A stretch of 64,000 nt of DNA from Malacoraja senta (GCA_038087875.1 CM075988.1:7566001-7630000); one strand, 5' to 3'; positions 1 to 13,324 are shown, counted from the first letter of the stretch. The notes: generated by a model not told the origin, from the sequence alone. Made by a program: numbers and translations.

Positions 1-180
1 CCGGGAGCTCCGGTTTCCGTCCACGCTCCTAAGACGTACAAGTTTGAGGCTAATTGGGCTGGTAAAATGGTAAATTGTCCCTAGTGTGCATGGTGTTAGT
101 GTGTGGGGATCACTGATTGGTGCGGACTTGGTTGGTCGAAAGGCCCGATTCCTCACTGTATCTCTAAACTAAACTAAATT
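1..180 (+). mobile_element. HE1-type V-SINE, 3' part (cut by window edge)
   Basis: ctccggtttcc...aaattgtccctagtgtg...ctgtatctctaaactaaact tail, as in full copies. Confidence 0.85.
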
Positions 181-739
181 AAATGAAACAAAGTGCAGGA
201 GTAACTCAGCGGGTCAGGCAGCATCTCTGGAGGACATGGATAGGAGACGTTTCGGGTGAGACCCTTCAGTCTCCTAACGTTTTGATTAGCCCGTTCAAAT
301 GGGCGTTAAAGATCCTCACGAGTTTGGGGGACGAAAATAAATACCAGCATTCAGAAAACATTTAACTTAACACAGTCGTTCCAAAGTCCAGAAAGCAGCC
401 GTATCTCCCTCTGCAACTTGCTGCATTCCAGCAATTTACTGTGTGAATTTCTCCGACCATGTGGCAATTCTTATGTAAACAAAAGTTATTCCTTTCTGAC
501 TTCAAGCCGTCCACGCTGCTTGCTTCTGGCCGGCTGGAGAATGATAATACATTCTGCTTTGTACGTGGGTGTCTTTACAAACGGGCTAAGTTTACCTTTG
601 ACTCAGGGAGCGCAGTGATGAAGCGGCGAACTATTGGCAGATCACCCACCTGAACCGTGTGCGACCTGCAGGGTAAATGTGTGGCAGCTCACCCAGCTCT
701 CTGTCTTGTTCACCATTTCACAGCTGCATGTCTGCAGAT

Positions 740-1320
740 GCAGCATGGAAACAGGCCCTTCGGCCTACCGAGTCTAAGCCGACCCTCGTTCACACTAGTT
801 CTACAGACACAAAATGCTGGAGTAACTCAGTGGGCCAGGCAGCATCACTGGAGAAAAGGAATGGGTGACGTTTTGGGTCGGAACCTTTCTTCAGACTGAG
901 ATAGAAAAGGCCAGAATACGGAGGTTACACATAAATTTTGGCCTTCTCTATCTTTCAGCCTGAAGAAGTGATCCAACCTGAAACGTCACCTAATCCTTTT
1001 CTCCAGAGATGCTGCCTGACCTGCTGAGTTACTCCAGCATTTTGTGTCTATCTTCAGTATAAACTAGCATCTGCAGTTCCATCTTTCACACTAGTTCTAT
1101 TTTATTCCACTTTCGCATTCACTCCCTCCACATTAGGGGCCATTTAGAGAAGCTAATTAACCTACAATCCCGCACGCCTTCAGAGCACTCGGAGGAACCC
1201 AGTGAGGTCAGAAGGAGAGTGTGCAGACTCCACATGGACAGCACTCGAGGTCACGATCGAACCCGGGTTTTGAACGCTGTAAGGCAGCAGCTTCACCAAC
1301 TGTGCCACTGTGTCGCCCTG
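740..1320 (-). mobile_element. HE1-type SINE interrupted by fold-back element
   Basis: ggaaacaggcccttcggcc tail at ~747; tRNA-like head revcomp at ~1250-1318; split at 803/1085. Confidence 0.75.
804..1084. mobile_element. Penelope-derived fold-back element with 15-bp TSD
   Basis: acacaaaatgctggagtaactcag...cagcatc and its reverse complement; ttcacactagttcta at 789-803 and 1085-1099. Confidence 0.75.
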
Positions 1321-2109
1321 TTTTGTCCTGTTATATTGTGTAACTGCTGCTTGAGAGAGTACATAAGAAAGAATAACTTGCATGCCTTTGGTGGTAGTTT
1401 TGAAGAGAGAACTTTGGGTGAATTATATTCCTGTTGGCATTCGTCAATTGAAATTGTCCTCAATCTAGCCTTGCCCAGCGATTGGAATCTAAGTTACATT
1501 TTCAGATTAATTAGTTGTCACCGAGATTGTAAAACTACTTGTGTGAACCCTAATGATCTGCACCAAGGCAACCAATCTGGAAAACCTATCACACTGCCAC
1601 CAATGCGGGAGAGCGGACCTGGGACTATATTGAATACTGTTGTAACTTTGTCGAGCCCCATACTCTTTGCATACTTGTGTATTGTAGGCAGAACAAAGAA
1701 TTTCACTGTACCAAGTACATGTGACAATAAAGTATCAAAGAATCAATCATGGGATGGATGTATGGGTGTGGTTACAAACTCCCAAGTGTGAGTGTGTTGG
1801 ATAACACGTTATGTTCCATCTCAGGATTGTAGCCGCATGTCGTAAATTGAACCTTTGATCAGAGTACAGTGGGGATTGAAGGAGGGAAGGGATCAGAGTA
1901 GGGTTTGCGAGAGAGTTGAGCAGGTGACAAGGGCTTGTGTGAGTGCCAAGTCTGTGCACTGGAACAACCCTAGCAGATCTTGGTCTCCAATTGTCTTGGG
2001 CCATCTTGCCAATAGACAGAACGTCCCTGTCATGAATCACGTGGTAGCTGGTGCCCGATGACCACCCCATGTTAAAACACATTCCTGCACCATTCCTTAG
2101 AAAGCAAGT

Positions 2110-2490
2110 AGAAGCATGTCCCCCTCGTGTATCAGTGCATTTACCCAATCTATTTCTCTCATGATCTTACACACCTCCATAAGATCACTCCTCATCCTGC
2201 GTTCCAAGGAATAAGCCTGCTCAGTCTCTCCCTATATCTCAAGCCCTCGAGTCCTGGCAACATCCTCATAAATCATCTCTGCACCCTTTCCAGCTCAGCA
2301 ATATCTTTCCTATAAAAGGGTGACCAAAATTGAACATAATACTTAATTTATATACTCCACAACTTCAGCTGCCGAAGCACAGTCTGGAATTATCTAGGCC
2401 TCACCAATGTCTTGTACAACTGTAACATGAGCTCCCACCTTCTATTCTCCTGGATCTCTCTGCTCTGCAACACTCCCCAGAGCCCTGCCA
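2110..2490 (-). mobile_element. CR1-like LINE ORF2 3' fragment
   Basis: cacctccataagatcactcctcatcctgcgttccaagg...ctggcaacatcctcataaatcatctctgcaccctttcc is revcomp of the CR1 'LERVQRRF' region. Confidence 0.7.
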
Positions 2491-3541
2491 TTCATTAAGT
2501 TGGTTCTTTCATGATATATCGTTTTGAGCCAACGTCCTTGCTAGTTAAGGCTGAGGGGTAACCAAGGCATCTGGCCCCCTCATTAGGGGAAAGACAACAA
2601 TGGCTGAGAAGAGAAAGGAATGTTAGCAACAGACATTGTGAGAATGTCTTACTGCTGCACGACTCGAGGGCCAGAATCTCTGAACATTTCAAACAAAATC
2701 ATTGCAAAGTGTTAAATAATAACTATTAAAAATTGTAAGTAAAAAGCTGGGCTTGGAATTTAATCTTTGGTGGACAACGCTAACTTCTATTGTCATGCAC
2801 CCTCATCGGTTTGAATTCATTCCACGGACATTGCTGGAATAGCTTTTGGAGGCACAGTGTGACATGCTGATGTGGTATTTGGCATCGATGATGGAGTGAC
2901 TGGGGATGAATTTCTAAACACTAGTCTGTCTAAACTATGATAGATAAAGGGACAGAACTGCAAGAAACCAAATTTTGATTGATAGCATATTGCTCTTCAA
3001 AAGTAGTTTATAAATACATTTTTCATCTGGGTTCTGTGGACGGAACCTGGCTCGTACAATGTCCCTCAAGACTTGCGAGGCAATTCCATTCACCATGCAA
3101 AGTAATTTTCCAGGGTGGAGGGATGAGGGCTGTGTGTTTCGTGAAGTACAAAACACCAAGCCTCCTTGTTTAAGGAAGAAAGTTATTGCATTGGAAACGG
3201 TTCAGAGAAGATTTACTGGATCAATGGTTGGAATAAGAAAAGGTTGGAGAGGCCAGGCTTTTATCTGTTGGAGTTGAGAACAAGGATTGAAATGTACAAC
3301 ATTTCCTGAGGTCTTCACAAGGTCAATGGCAAATGTTGTAGATTTGTTGTTGTTGTTAAGATGAAGCAAATAATCCAATTCAGCCACATCAAGAATAACT
3401 TGAATTACACTCCACCTTTAACGGAATAAAATAATCCGTAGTACTTTATGTGAACAAAGTTCATCAAAATTTGGCAATCAGGTTGATGCAAGAAATCTAA
3501 TGTCATAGACAAAGAAAGAGGAGAGATAGAACTGCATGGTT

Positions 3542-3857
3542 GGGGCAGCACGGTGGTGCAGCGGTAGTTGCTGCCTCACAGCGCCAGAGACCTAGGTTTG
3601 ATCCTGACTGCGGGTGCTGTCTGTACGGAGTTTGTATGTTCTCCCTGTGACCTGCGTAGGTTTTCACCGGCAGCTCCGGTTTCCTCCCACACTGCAAAGA
3701 CATAACAGTTTGCAGGCTAAGTGGCTTGGTAAAATTATAAAATTGTCCCTTGTGATTCGGACAGTGTTGGTGTGTGGGGATTGCTGGTTGGCGCCGACTT
3801 GGTAGGCCGAAGGGCCTGTTTCCGTGTTGTATCTCGAAAACTAAACTAAATTAAACT
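3542..3857 (+). mobile_element. HE1-type V-SINE, full length
   Basis: tRNA-like head with A/B boxes (ggtggtgcagcggt; ggtttgatcc), V-domain (gtacggagtttgtatgttctccc), CR1-like tail, (ctaaa)n. Confidence 0.9.
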
Positions 3858-4869
3858 CTTTAGGGAGATGATTCTAGACTGTGCTTAGGCAGCAGAAGTT
3901 GCGGAGTAAATAAAATTGAAAATATCTGTCCCATAAATGGGGAATTTGTGCAACCTGAAGAAACTACATAACATCCAAGATGGGAGCAGAGAGGGAATTG
4001 AAAGCACGGATGAGTATTGTCAGTTTGGTTATGTTCCAGTCAAGGGAACATTGGGCATTTATATTTAATATCAGTCAGATGAGTTCTGGAAAATTGTTTA
4101 AATTTATGGAAGAATAATAAATTCAAGTCAATAAGTCCAGTGGGGCAGCTGTCGAACTCCAATTTTTTGCACAGTTCGAAGTCTTGAGGGTGTTCAAATC
4201 CAGACATAACTATATCAAAATAAATTTCGGCCTCACTCAGAAAGTCTCTGGGTGAGTATGTAACATGCTGTCAGTTGAAAAAGCACCGGCTCCTGATGTG
4301 TTAGATTGTATGAAATGAACTCGCCGAAGTCTGATTAGTTATTTTAGTGTTTTATGGAGATGATTATGTTAATTGCAAGTTGGCACCCATTTTCTACAGT
4401 GTTCTATGGAAAGCTGCGGTCTGCTTTCTGAAAGGACGGAATGGAAAGAAATTTAACATTTGCGAAATACTATTGAACTTCAATCCCTGCTGTTTTCCTC
4501 AAGAGTTTTGACAAGGGCGAGGAATTGGAGGTTGAAGCCAAGCTCTGTTGCCACTATCTCTCTGGGAAGTTGCTTTTCAGCCCCAGCTTACACTGATATA
4601 AAATACAGACGTGTGTTTAGTGCAAGCATGAGGAAGGGAAAAAAACACACTGCCCGATTCTTAGCTTCTCCTGGGAGCCATGGACAGCTGGAATTTGGAC
4701 CGATTGAAATTGTCTGAGCGCTGGTCTTGTTTAACGCTTTGCTTCCTGGTTAAAATGGAAGTCTTCACCGTGCATCTCCAGAATATGAACCATAAGATTG
4801 AGGGGAGGTTGTGCTGATATGGGAGAAAACATAATTGTTCAGATTGTGCACTATCAACATTGTAGTTAT

Positions 4870-5280
4870 TACAGTTATACAGCACGAATCAGGCCCTTCG
4901 ACCCAACCTGGCCATGCTGACCAAGATGCCTCATCTAAGCTAACCCCATTTAGCCTTTATTTCTCTAAACGTCCCTATCCATGTACCTGTCCAAACGTCT
5001 CTTAAATGTTATTATAGCCTCGACCACCAGCTCTGGATGAAAAAGTTGCCTCTTGGGTTCGTATTTAATCATCTCCCTCTCACTTTAAACCTATGTCCTC
5101 TTGCTTTTGATGCCTCTCCCTTGGGTAAAAAGCCCTGTACATTCACCCTATCTATTTCCCTTATGATTTTATACACCACTACTATAAGATCACCCCTCAG
5201 CCTCCTGCGCTCCAAGGGACAAAATCCTAGTCTGCCCAACCAGTTTAGCCATTCAAATCCTGGCAACATCCTTATAAAAC
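4870..5280 (-). mobile_element. CR1-like LINE 3' fragment
   Basis: ORF 5069-5269: LERRRLRGDLIVVVYKIIREIDRVN...ARGHRFKVRG. Confidence 0.85.
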
Positions 5281-6149
5281 GATATTGGGGTTACAGCAAT
5301 TTATTGGCGGCTTCCAAAGGCAAATTATTTGATATTGTATAGATTTACTTTTATCACGTAAGAAGGGTGAATATTACACATTTTGCTTTTGCAAATGATC
5401 CCAGTACTCTTATCAATGGAGTTTTTCTCAATATAGAATTATAACATCGTCCATGTGGTAAATTATAACAGAGTCCATATGGTAAATGAGTATGAAGGAA
5501 CTTGCTTCCACTGAAGTTAGACATAATGCTGGAGTAACTCAGTGGGACAGTCAGCATCTCTGGAGAGAAGGAATGGGTGACGTTTTGGGTCGAGACACCT
5601 TCCTCAGACTGAGAGTTAGGGGAGAGGGAAACTATATGTCTAATTGTCTACAGTAGCATTAGTTACCATGTAATCTGTTTGCTGTGTCACTTGCCCTAGT
5701 ATTGATCCCCCGATAGATCAGTTATTCAAGCCACTGCTACTGTTTAGATCGTCATGGAGGACAGGAATGTGTGGTATTAATTCATGTCCCCTGGTATGGA
5801 AGTCGAGATGATACGGTCCGCCTCCATTTCTCTTGCCTTGGGAGTAGAAATCTAGCCATGTTTCTCAGCTCTGATCTCCTGCTGGTGGGTATGTGGACTG
5901 AATGAGCAGTGAAGTGGATGTGCGGACAGACAGAATTACTTCAGTTCTAATGCAGACATCATTAAATAGTCTGTGATTTGCAACCCAAAACACGTCAACC
6001 TTGGATCCAGATGCTTTAAAGAATGGAAGTGAGAAAAGCAGATGGCAGACAGAGGTCGGGGAAAGTACTTATTATGTTGCCTATCACATATTTGAGAGAA
6101 AACAAACAGTTATTTACCTTGGAGTGGAGACAATTTAATCTGCTCTTCA

Positions 6150-6460
6150 AGTGATACAGCATGGAAAACAGGCCCTTCAGCCCATCGAGTCCATGCCGAC
6201 AATTGATCACCCATTCATATTGGTTCTATGTTATCGCACTTTCTCACCTACTCCCTGCACACGGAGCAATTTATAGAGGTCATTAACTTACAAACCTGCA
6301 TGTCTTTGGGATGTGGGCGGAAACCAGAGCACCTGGAGGAAATCCAGGCGGTCACAGAAAGAATGTGCACACCTCACATGGACACACCCGAGGCCAGAAT
6401 CGAACCTGGGTCTGTGGCACTGCAAGGCAGGGGCTCTACCACCCGACCACTGCGCCACTC
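6150..6460 (-). mobile_element. HE1-type V-SINE
   Basis: revcomp tail, V-domain and head. Confidence 0.8.
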
Positions 6461-7079
6461 TCTATGAACTTTTTTATTCGCTCTTTAACATTAGGGTCCC
6501 CCGTGGTATTTTTCACGTGTCACGTGGGGTGAGGATTCTTCAGTTTACTTGTCGTGAGACAGCCCCAGAGTTTCAGCCTTGAGCAGGAATAAAATAAAGG
6601 AATTAACTACAGAAAACTCAACTCCACTGAGGTAAGCATCACTGAGGCAGAAGGAATATGTGACATGGCTGGTACAAAATTAAAACACAATTATCAGCAT
6701 TTGATGAGAGCGAAAGAGCAGTTAAAATTATAACCGAAATCACTGCCTCACATATGTAGCAAGTAATTAAAGTAATACTTGTCTTATGATGCTCCAGAGG
6801 TGTAACAAGTGGAAGAAGTGGAGGCTGTATCTGTCTGTATAAACGCTTGACTGAAGAGGGGGATTTTGAAGGGTTTGAGTACTTAATAAGTGTCCATGAC
6901 TGTGGGAACAGATGTTGAGTGTTTGACTGGTTCCAACATGTGAAATGGAAATTGCAGGAGTCCAATGTGGAGGAGGAGTGTAAAATTACATATCTTGGCT
7001 AGTTTTACATGGGAGCCAATAGCCCAGATTTTGCCATCATGACTTGCACAAGATGTTAGTGAGGGCACATTTGTAGTAT

Positions 7080-7715
7080 TGTGTCAGCCTATTATAGGAA
7101 AGATGCTGTTAAGCTGGAAAGATTGCAGAGAAGATTTACAATGCAAAGGGCCTACTCTGTAGGGAGAGGTTGGGCAGGTTTTTATTTCTTGGATCAGACT
7201 GGGCAGATGCACAGTATTTTACCCAGATTTGGGGAAATCAAGAACCAGAGGCCATAGGTTTAAGTTGAGAAGGAAATGATTTAATAGGAACTTGAGGAGC
7301 AACTTTTTCATACAGAGGGTAGTGGGCATATGAGGTAGTTGAGGCAAGTATGATAACAACATTCAAAGCACATTTGGACAGGTACATGGATAGGAAAGGT
7401 TTAGAGGGAATGCGTCAAATGTAGGCAGGCTTAGTTTAGTTTTGTTTATTGTCATGTGTACCGAGGTACAGTGAAAAGCCTTTGTTGCATGTTATCGAGT
7501 CAGCGGAAAGACAATACATGATGACAATCGAGGCATTTACAGTGTATAGGTACATGATAAGGGAATAACGTTTAGTGCAAGGTAAAGCCAATAAAGTCTG
7601 ATCAAAGATAGTCCGTGGGTCACCAATGAGGTAGATAGTGGGACTAGCGTAAATGGTGCATCTAGCTTGGCATGAGTGAGTTGGGCCGAAGGGCCTGTTT
7701 CCCTGCTGTATGACT
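7080..7715 (+). mobile_element. CR1-like LINE 3' fragment, interrupted at ~7431-7640 by a minus-strand Rex1/Babar-type 3' UTR repeat
   Basis: aagctggaaagattgcagagaagatttaca...catttggacaggtacatggatagg; tail gggccgaagggcctgtttcc resumes ~7683. Confidence 0.7.
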
Positions 7716-7924
7716 CTAACGTTTCCCTGTGCAGAATCACATCTGTGATTTCTATCTGGCTCTGACTGTCCCAAAGCAGCCAGGTGTCCAGTGGGATGGT
7801 TTGAATGCAATGATGGGATCTGCCTCAAAACTACCCTGAGATGAAAGCCAAGACCTGTCGCAAGGCCCTGTTAGGGTCATAGAAGCTGTTTAATTGTTTT
7901 CAAGTATTGAGTGATTGAAAGATA

Positions 7925-8345
7925 GAGCTTGAAAACAAGTCCTTTGGCCCACCGAGTCCACACCGACCATCGATTACCCTTTCACACTAGTTCTATGTTA
8001 TCCCACATCTTACACACAAGGGGGGATTTAGAGACTAATTCATCTACAATCCTGCATCTCTTTGGGATGTATGTAGGAAGGAATTGCAGATGCTGGTTTA
8101 AACTGAAGATAGACACAAAATGCTGGAGTAACTCAGCGGGACAGGCAGCATCTCTGGAGAGAAGGAATTCTTTCTCCCCAGAAATGCTGCCTGCCCCGCT
8201 GAGTTGCTCCAGCATTTTGTGTCTTTCGGATGTGTTGGGAATCCCCTGCGGACACAAGGAGAACATGCAAACTCCACGCAGGCGTTGTCCGAGGTCAGTA
8301 TCGAACCCGTGTCTCTGGCTCCGCGTGGCAACAGCTCTACCAGCC
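7925..8345 (-). mobile_element. HE1-type SINE with nested fold-back element (~8070-8222)
   Basis: SINE revcomp on both sides; near-duplicated tcttt(g/c)ggatgt flanks the insert. Confidence 0.7.
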
Positions 8346-10079
8346 TATGTTAAATATCTTTAACATCCTCTGATAGTTTCAAAACTGCTAACATGAAAGT
8401 AAATAATTTGACCTATTTTTAATTTTAATAAGTTAACAAAACATAATTAAAGACAATAAACCAAAGTGAAATATTTGAATAAAGGTACCTTCCCTTCCCC
8501 ATTGCCTTTACAATCCCCAATAAAATAAATGGGTTCTAACCTCAGCAGTATAATTGTGAATTTTTGGATTTTGTTGGCACTAGAGCGTTTGGCTGCTGCC
8601 AAATCTTTAAATTTAAAAACCCAGTAAAAAATGTTTCTGTTTCAACTGATAAAGATCATTTTTGAAAGTTTCAAGATGTACGCAGTTTATTCCCAACCAG
8701 AATAATACTGGTTAACTCTTCCATCTACTTTCACTGTGGGATACGCAGTCTTTAGCATCCATGGCTCCAATGGAAATATACTTACATCAAAAAAAGGATA
8801 AAGCTCATGCAATTTACTCGTGCAGTTTTTCTTTAAAGGAATCCATCTTCTGTGGTTATTGCAGCAGTATTTTCTTTTTAATGACCTGTTTTGATTTGAT
8901 ATTTTAAAACGTTGCTTTCAAAAACACCCTAATCAGGGGTTGCTTCACCAAATGATTGAATTAGTAGTTTGTATTGCAGTAGGTGCCCTACTTTTGCCTC
9001 TCAAAAGAAATCCAAGAGCGAGTGTAACCTGTGAGCAGACTGCAGTTTGCACGAAAAGAGTGATTTGAAGCCCCTCTTTGCATGGTTATGTTAAATTATA
9101 TGACACTTGGGAAATTTCACTGCTGCAAGATAGTGACTTTGCGCTTGAAAGGGCTGTTTTGTGGGATTTGTGCACTGTGGATGACTTGATTTCCTTGGTT
9201 CATATGTTATAAGAGTAGAATTAGACCATTCGGCCCATCAAGTCCACTCCGCCATTCAATCATGGCTGATCTGTCTCTCCCATTCAACTCCACTCTCCTG
9301 TCTTTTCCCCATAACCTGTGGCACCCGTACTGATCAATAATCTGTCAATCTCCACCTTAAAAATATCCATTGACTTGGCCTCCAAGCCACCTGTGGCAAT
9401 GAATATCCATGAATTATAATCCTGTATAGTCTTCGCTGACTGGATAGCACACAACAAAAAGCTTTTCACTGTACCACAGTACATGTGATAATAATAAACT
9501 AAAGGAAACTAAACCAGTTTTGTGTGACGTTGTGCTCCCTCAAGTATTTTGCAAAATGGAATGGCCTTCCCTCTGCAATTTGCTGTCACTGGAGTGTAAA
9601 AATTAAGAGAATTTTTAGAGAAATTTAGAGAATTAATGGGGTTTAGGGACTGGTGAAGAGACGAATGTGTGAGAAGATGGGAGGAGAACACAGTCGGTGG
9701 GAGTAATCGCTATGAAAGGAGCAGCAAGCTGGAAGAAGATGGATGTAGCTGGACTGTTGCAGTTGCTTGTTTGAGGCCAGGTGCTCTTTAGAAAGACCAA
9801 TGGCGACTTCTACACTTTCACTGGCTGCTGAAAGTTGGAGACCGATGGTGTCTGGCAGCTTTGCTTCATGGTACAGGTTGACACTAGGATTGTTAAAAGG
9901 AGCGTTGCATGCCCATTGCCATCATTGCACATGTCTGTCAAGTTCTTTGCACCCTCATGTAATTTCCAAGTGCAGTATGTGCTACCAGCATACTTACCCG
10001 GTTACATAATACTTTTAACATCCTCTTCTCCACTACTCCCATGAAACTGACTTTGTTGTATTTCAGTGGTCACTTTGGC

Positions 10080-10305
10080 TGTGCAGGAAGGAACAGCAGA
10101 TGCTGGTTTATACCGAAGACACATACAAAGTGTTGGAGTAAGTCAGCGGGTCAGGCAGCATCTCTGAAGAAAAGGTGCAGGCAATGTCTAGGGTCGGAAA
10201 CTTTCTTCAGACAGGAAGAGCCTGGAAGAAGAGTTCCAACCGGAAACATCGCCTGTTCCTTTTCTCCGGAGATGCTGCCTGACCCGCCAAGTTACTCCAG
10301 CTGTC
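10080..10305. mobile_element. Penelope-derived fold-back element
   Basis: ggaaggaacagcagatgctgg...cttcagac followed by inverted copy gaaacatcgcc...gttactccagc. Confidence 0.7.
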
Positions 10306-10504
10306 ACCCTTGATTCTTGAAGAATTTCAATTTTGTCACTTGCTAATTTGATATCCCTCAATAATTGCATTCCACTTTCCTTGATTAATAGAATGCATTA
10401 AATAATTACCTAAAAAAGAATCCCCAAACGTAATTTTCTGTGCTTACCCAGTGCTGGGAGCAGTAAAGAAGAAACTGCTTTTGCTGCCATTTGCATCATG
10501 CTTG

Positions 10505-10770
10505 ATGATCCTGACTATGGGTGCTGTCTGTAGTGAGTTTGTACCTTCTCCCCGTGACCTGAATGGGTTTTCTCCGGGTGCTCCAGCTTCCTCCGACACT
10601 CCAAAGATGCACATGTTTGTAGGTCAATTGGCGTTGATAAAATTGTAAATTGTCCCTAGTGTGTAGGATAGTGTTAGTGTGTAGGGATCACTGGTCGGCA
10701 CGGCCTCAGTGGGCCAAAGTGCCTGTTTCCGCGCTGTGTCTCTAAAACTAAAAGCTAAAACTAAAACTAA
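10505..10770 (+). mobile_element. HE1-type V-SINE, 5'-truncated
   Basis: gatcctgactatgggtgctgtctg...(ctaaaa)n. Confidence 0.85.
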
Positions 10771-11242
10771 AGCAGCCAACTGATCTCTTGCACAAAAGTA
10801 CAACTTGATTTCCCTTGATGGCCTTTCTACTTGCAGTTACCGGTCACCTGTAATTCAGTGCATGCTTTAAAAGCCCTGTTACAATATATCAATTACCAGA
10901 GATGACACCGTGCAGAGTTTACAGATATGCTCAATGGGACTGTACCATATTACCATGATACTTTTTGAATAGAAAGATTTTATTGCATAATTCCCTAACT
11001 GCATTTTAAAGGTGTATTCTCTTGTTTTCCGGTGGCAGAAATGGTTTCTCTGTGCACACCCTTACTGAATAATTTAAATGTTTTAAAGACATTAATTATT
11101 TTATCCCTTCAGTACAGGGTGCCTCAAATCAGGCAGATTGTGAATAAAGTAAAGATAGACACAAAATGCTAGAGTAACTCAACGGGAGAAAATGGATCAT
11201 ATGTTTCGGGTTGGGACCCTTCATCAGACATATTGTGAACGG

Positions 11243-11546
11243 TGGGCGCAGCGGTAGAGTTGTTGCCTTACAGCGCCAGAGACGCTGGTTTGATTCTGAC
11301 CTCTGACTGTCTGTACGGAGTTTGTACGTTCTCCCCGTGATCGCGTGGGACTTCCTTGGTTGCTCTGGTTTCCTCCCACACTGCAAAGACGTACAGGTTT
11401 GTAGGTTAATTGGCTTCAGTAAAAAAATTATAACTTGTCCCTAGTGTGTAGTGTGTGCCGGTGTAACGGGGATCGCTGGTCGGCGCGGACTCGGTGGGCC
11501 GAAGGGTCTGTTTCCGCGCTGTATCTCTAAACTAAACTAAACTAAA
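11243..11546 (+). mobile_element. HE1-type V-SINE, near full length
   Basis: head, V-domain and tail all match other copies. Confidence 0.9.
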
Positions 11547-11603
11547 AGCATCCAAGTAACGGATGGGAATGAAAATTGTAAATTGTCTCCAGTGCGTAGG
11601 ATA

Positions 11604-11902
11604 GTGTTAGTGTGTAGGGATCGCTGGTGTTAGTGTGTAGGGATCGCTGGTGTTAGTGTGTAGGGATCGCTGGTGTTAGTGTGATGGGATCGCTGGTGTT
11701 AGTGTGTAGGGATCGCTGGTGTTAGTGTGTAGGGATCGCTGGTGTTGGTGTGTAGGGATCGCTGGTGTTAGTGTGTAGGGATCGCTGGTGTTAGTGTGTA
11801 GGGATCGCTGGTCTTAGTGTGTAGGGATCGCTGGTGTTAGTGTGTAGGGATCGCTGGTGTTAGTGTGTAGGGATCGTTGGTGTTAGTGTGTAGGGATTGC
11901 TG
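11604..11902 (+). repeat. Minisatellite, 13 x 23 bp (gtgttagtgtgtagggatcgctg) inside a HE1 SINE 3' fragment
   Basis: direct count of units; unit is an internal SINE segment. Confidence 0.95.
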
Positions 11903-11924
11903 GTCGGCACGACCTCGGTGCTCG

Positions 11925-12086
11925 TGAGCTTGATAGGGCTCTTAAAGATAGTGGAGTCAGGGGATATGGGGAGAAGGCAGGAACGGGGTACTGATTGTGG
12001 ATGATCAGCCATGATCACATTGAATGGCGGTGCTGGCTCGAAGGGCCGAATGGCCTACTCCTGCACCTATTGTCTATTGTCTATTG
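11925..12086 (+). mobile_element. CR1-like LINE 3' tail
   Basis: gatcagccatgatcacattgaatggcggtgctggctcgaagggccgaatggcctactcc plus (attgtct)n. Confidence 0.85.
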
Positions 12087-12319
12087 AAAGTATAATTGTC
12101 CATACCATCCAATTATCTGAACATGGATTAAGATGTCAGAGTTTAACGTTACTTCACTTTTCAGATTTTTTTTTGTAAAGAATAATTGATCATTTCCTGT
12201 GCAGATCTGGTCCAGTTGCTCTGCTTCATTGGTGAATAATTAGCATTATGCAGATTTGATTCTACGCCCATGAATGAAGGGAAAAAATGTTGTTTTACAA
12301 CATCCATGGCTCTACTGCA

Positions 12320-12595
12320 GCCCAAAATGCTTCCACACTCAGTTAAATGTTTTTAAAGTGCTATCATTTTATTTGTTTAGAAAATAAGATAGCCAATTGT
12401 GCATAGCAAGGTTCCATAAACAGCAATGTGATTATGAGCAGATTATTTGCTTAATGATGATACAAGGGATAAACATTGGCCAGGACATTATTCTTTGAAT
12501 AATACCATATGATTATTTTAACATCCACCTCCGGGGCTGAAAGGGCCTTTATTTAATGTCACATTCGTAAGTTGGGTACTCTGATAGTACAAGAC
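12320..12595 (-). mobile_element. Ancient Deu-domain SINE relic (SacSINE1/AmnSINE1-like)
   Basis: gccaattgtgcatagcaaggttccataaacagcaatgtgat...gggataaacattggccaggaca resembles the Deu-domain revcomp as I recall it. Confidence 0.7.
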
Positions 12596-12687
12596 TCTTC
12601 AATGTCTTATTGAATTATCAACCAAGGTCTTGTGTTGAAGCTGGCTAATATTAAAAGCTTGCTTCTCTAATCCTTCTAACGACGGGG

Positions 12688-12995
12688 GAGGCACAGTGGC
12701 GCAGCAGTAGAGTTGCTGCCTTACAGCGCCAGTGACCCGGGTTCGATTCGGATGACGGGTGCTGTCCGTACGGAGTTTGTACATTCTCCCCGTGACCATG
12801 TGTGTTTTCTCCTGGTGCTCCGGTTTCCTCCCACACTTCAAAGGCGTACAGGTTTGTAGGTTGATTGGCTTTGGTAAAATTGTAAATTGTCCCTAGTGTG
12901 TAGGATAGTGCTGCTGTACAGGTGATCACTGGTCCATGCGGACTTGGTGGGCCGAAGGGCCTGTTTCCGTGCTGTATCTCTAAAGTCTAAATTCT
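12688..12995 (+). mobile_element. HE1-type V-SINE, full length
   Basis: head, V-domain, tail. Confidence 0.9.
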
Positions 12996-13324
12996 AAAGA
13001 TGATATTGTTTTGGAATCCATTGCATTGTAGGTGATTAATTTTCTGTCTGTATCTTTGGGGAGGTAAGGAATTGGTCAAGGTTCTTATTCCCACCTTCTA
13101 TTTGAAGAGTTTTGGTGGTCAATATGGATTTGCACATAAGGCAGGATTACTAGGAGGGCCAATAATTTCTTGATGTTTCTGTCTTTGCTAAGTACTATCC
13201 CTTTTCCAAAAGCCTCTTTCCTTTCCTTGAATCCTGTTGCCTCATAGGCTTGTGTCCATCTTTGAAACAGATTCAAGTTAGAATCTGCCTATGTTTCGTT
13301 TAGTTTCAAAGAAACTTTTAGAAA

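Noticed and set aside
1219..1791. 190-aa ORF
   Set aside because: It starts in an antisense SINE, runs through a LINE-type tail and has no protein-like motif.
3542..3620. tRNA genes at SINE heads
   Set aside because: The A/B-box heads run into SINE bodies and lack a complete cloverleaf.
11604..11902. CRISPR-like array
   Set aside because: Units are directly adjacent with no spacers, derive from a SINE, and the DNA is vertebrate.
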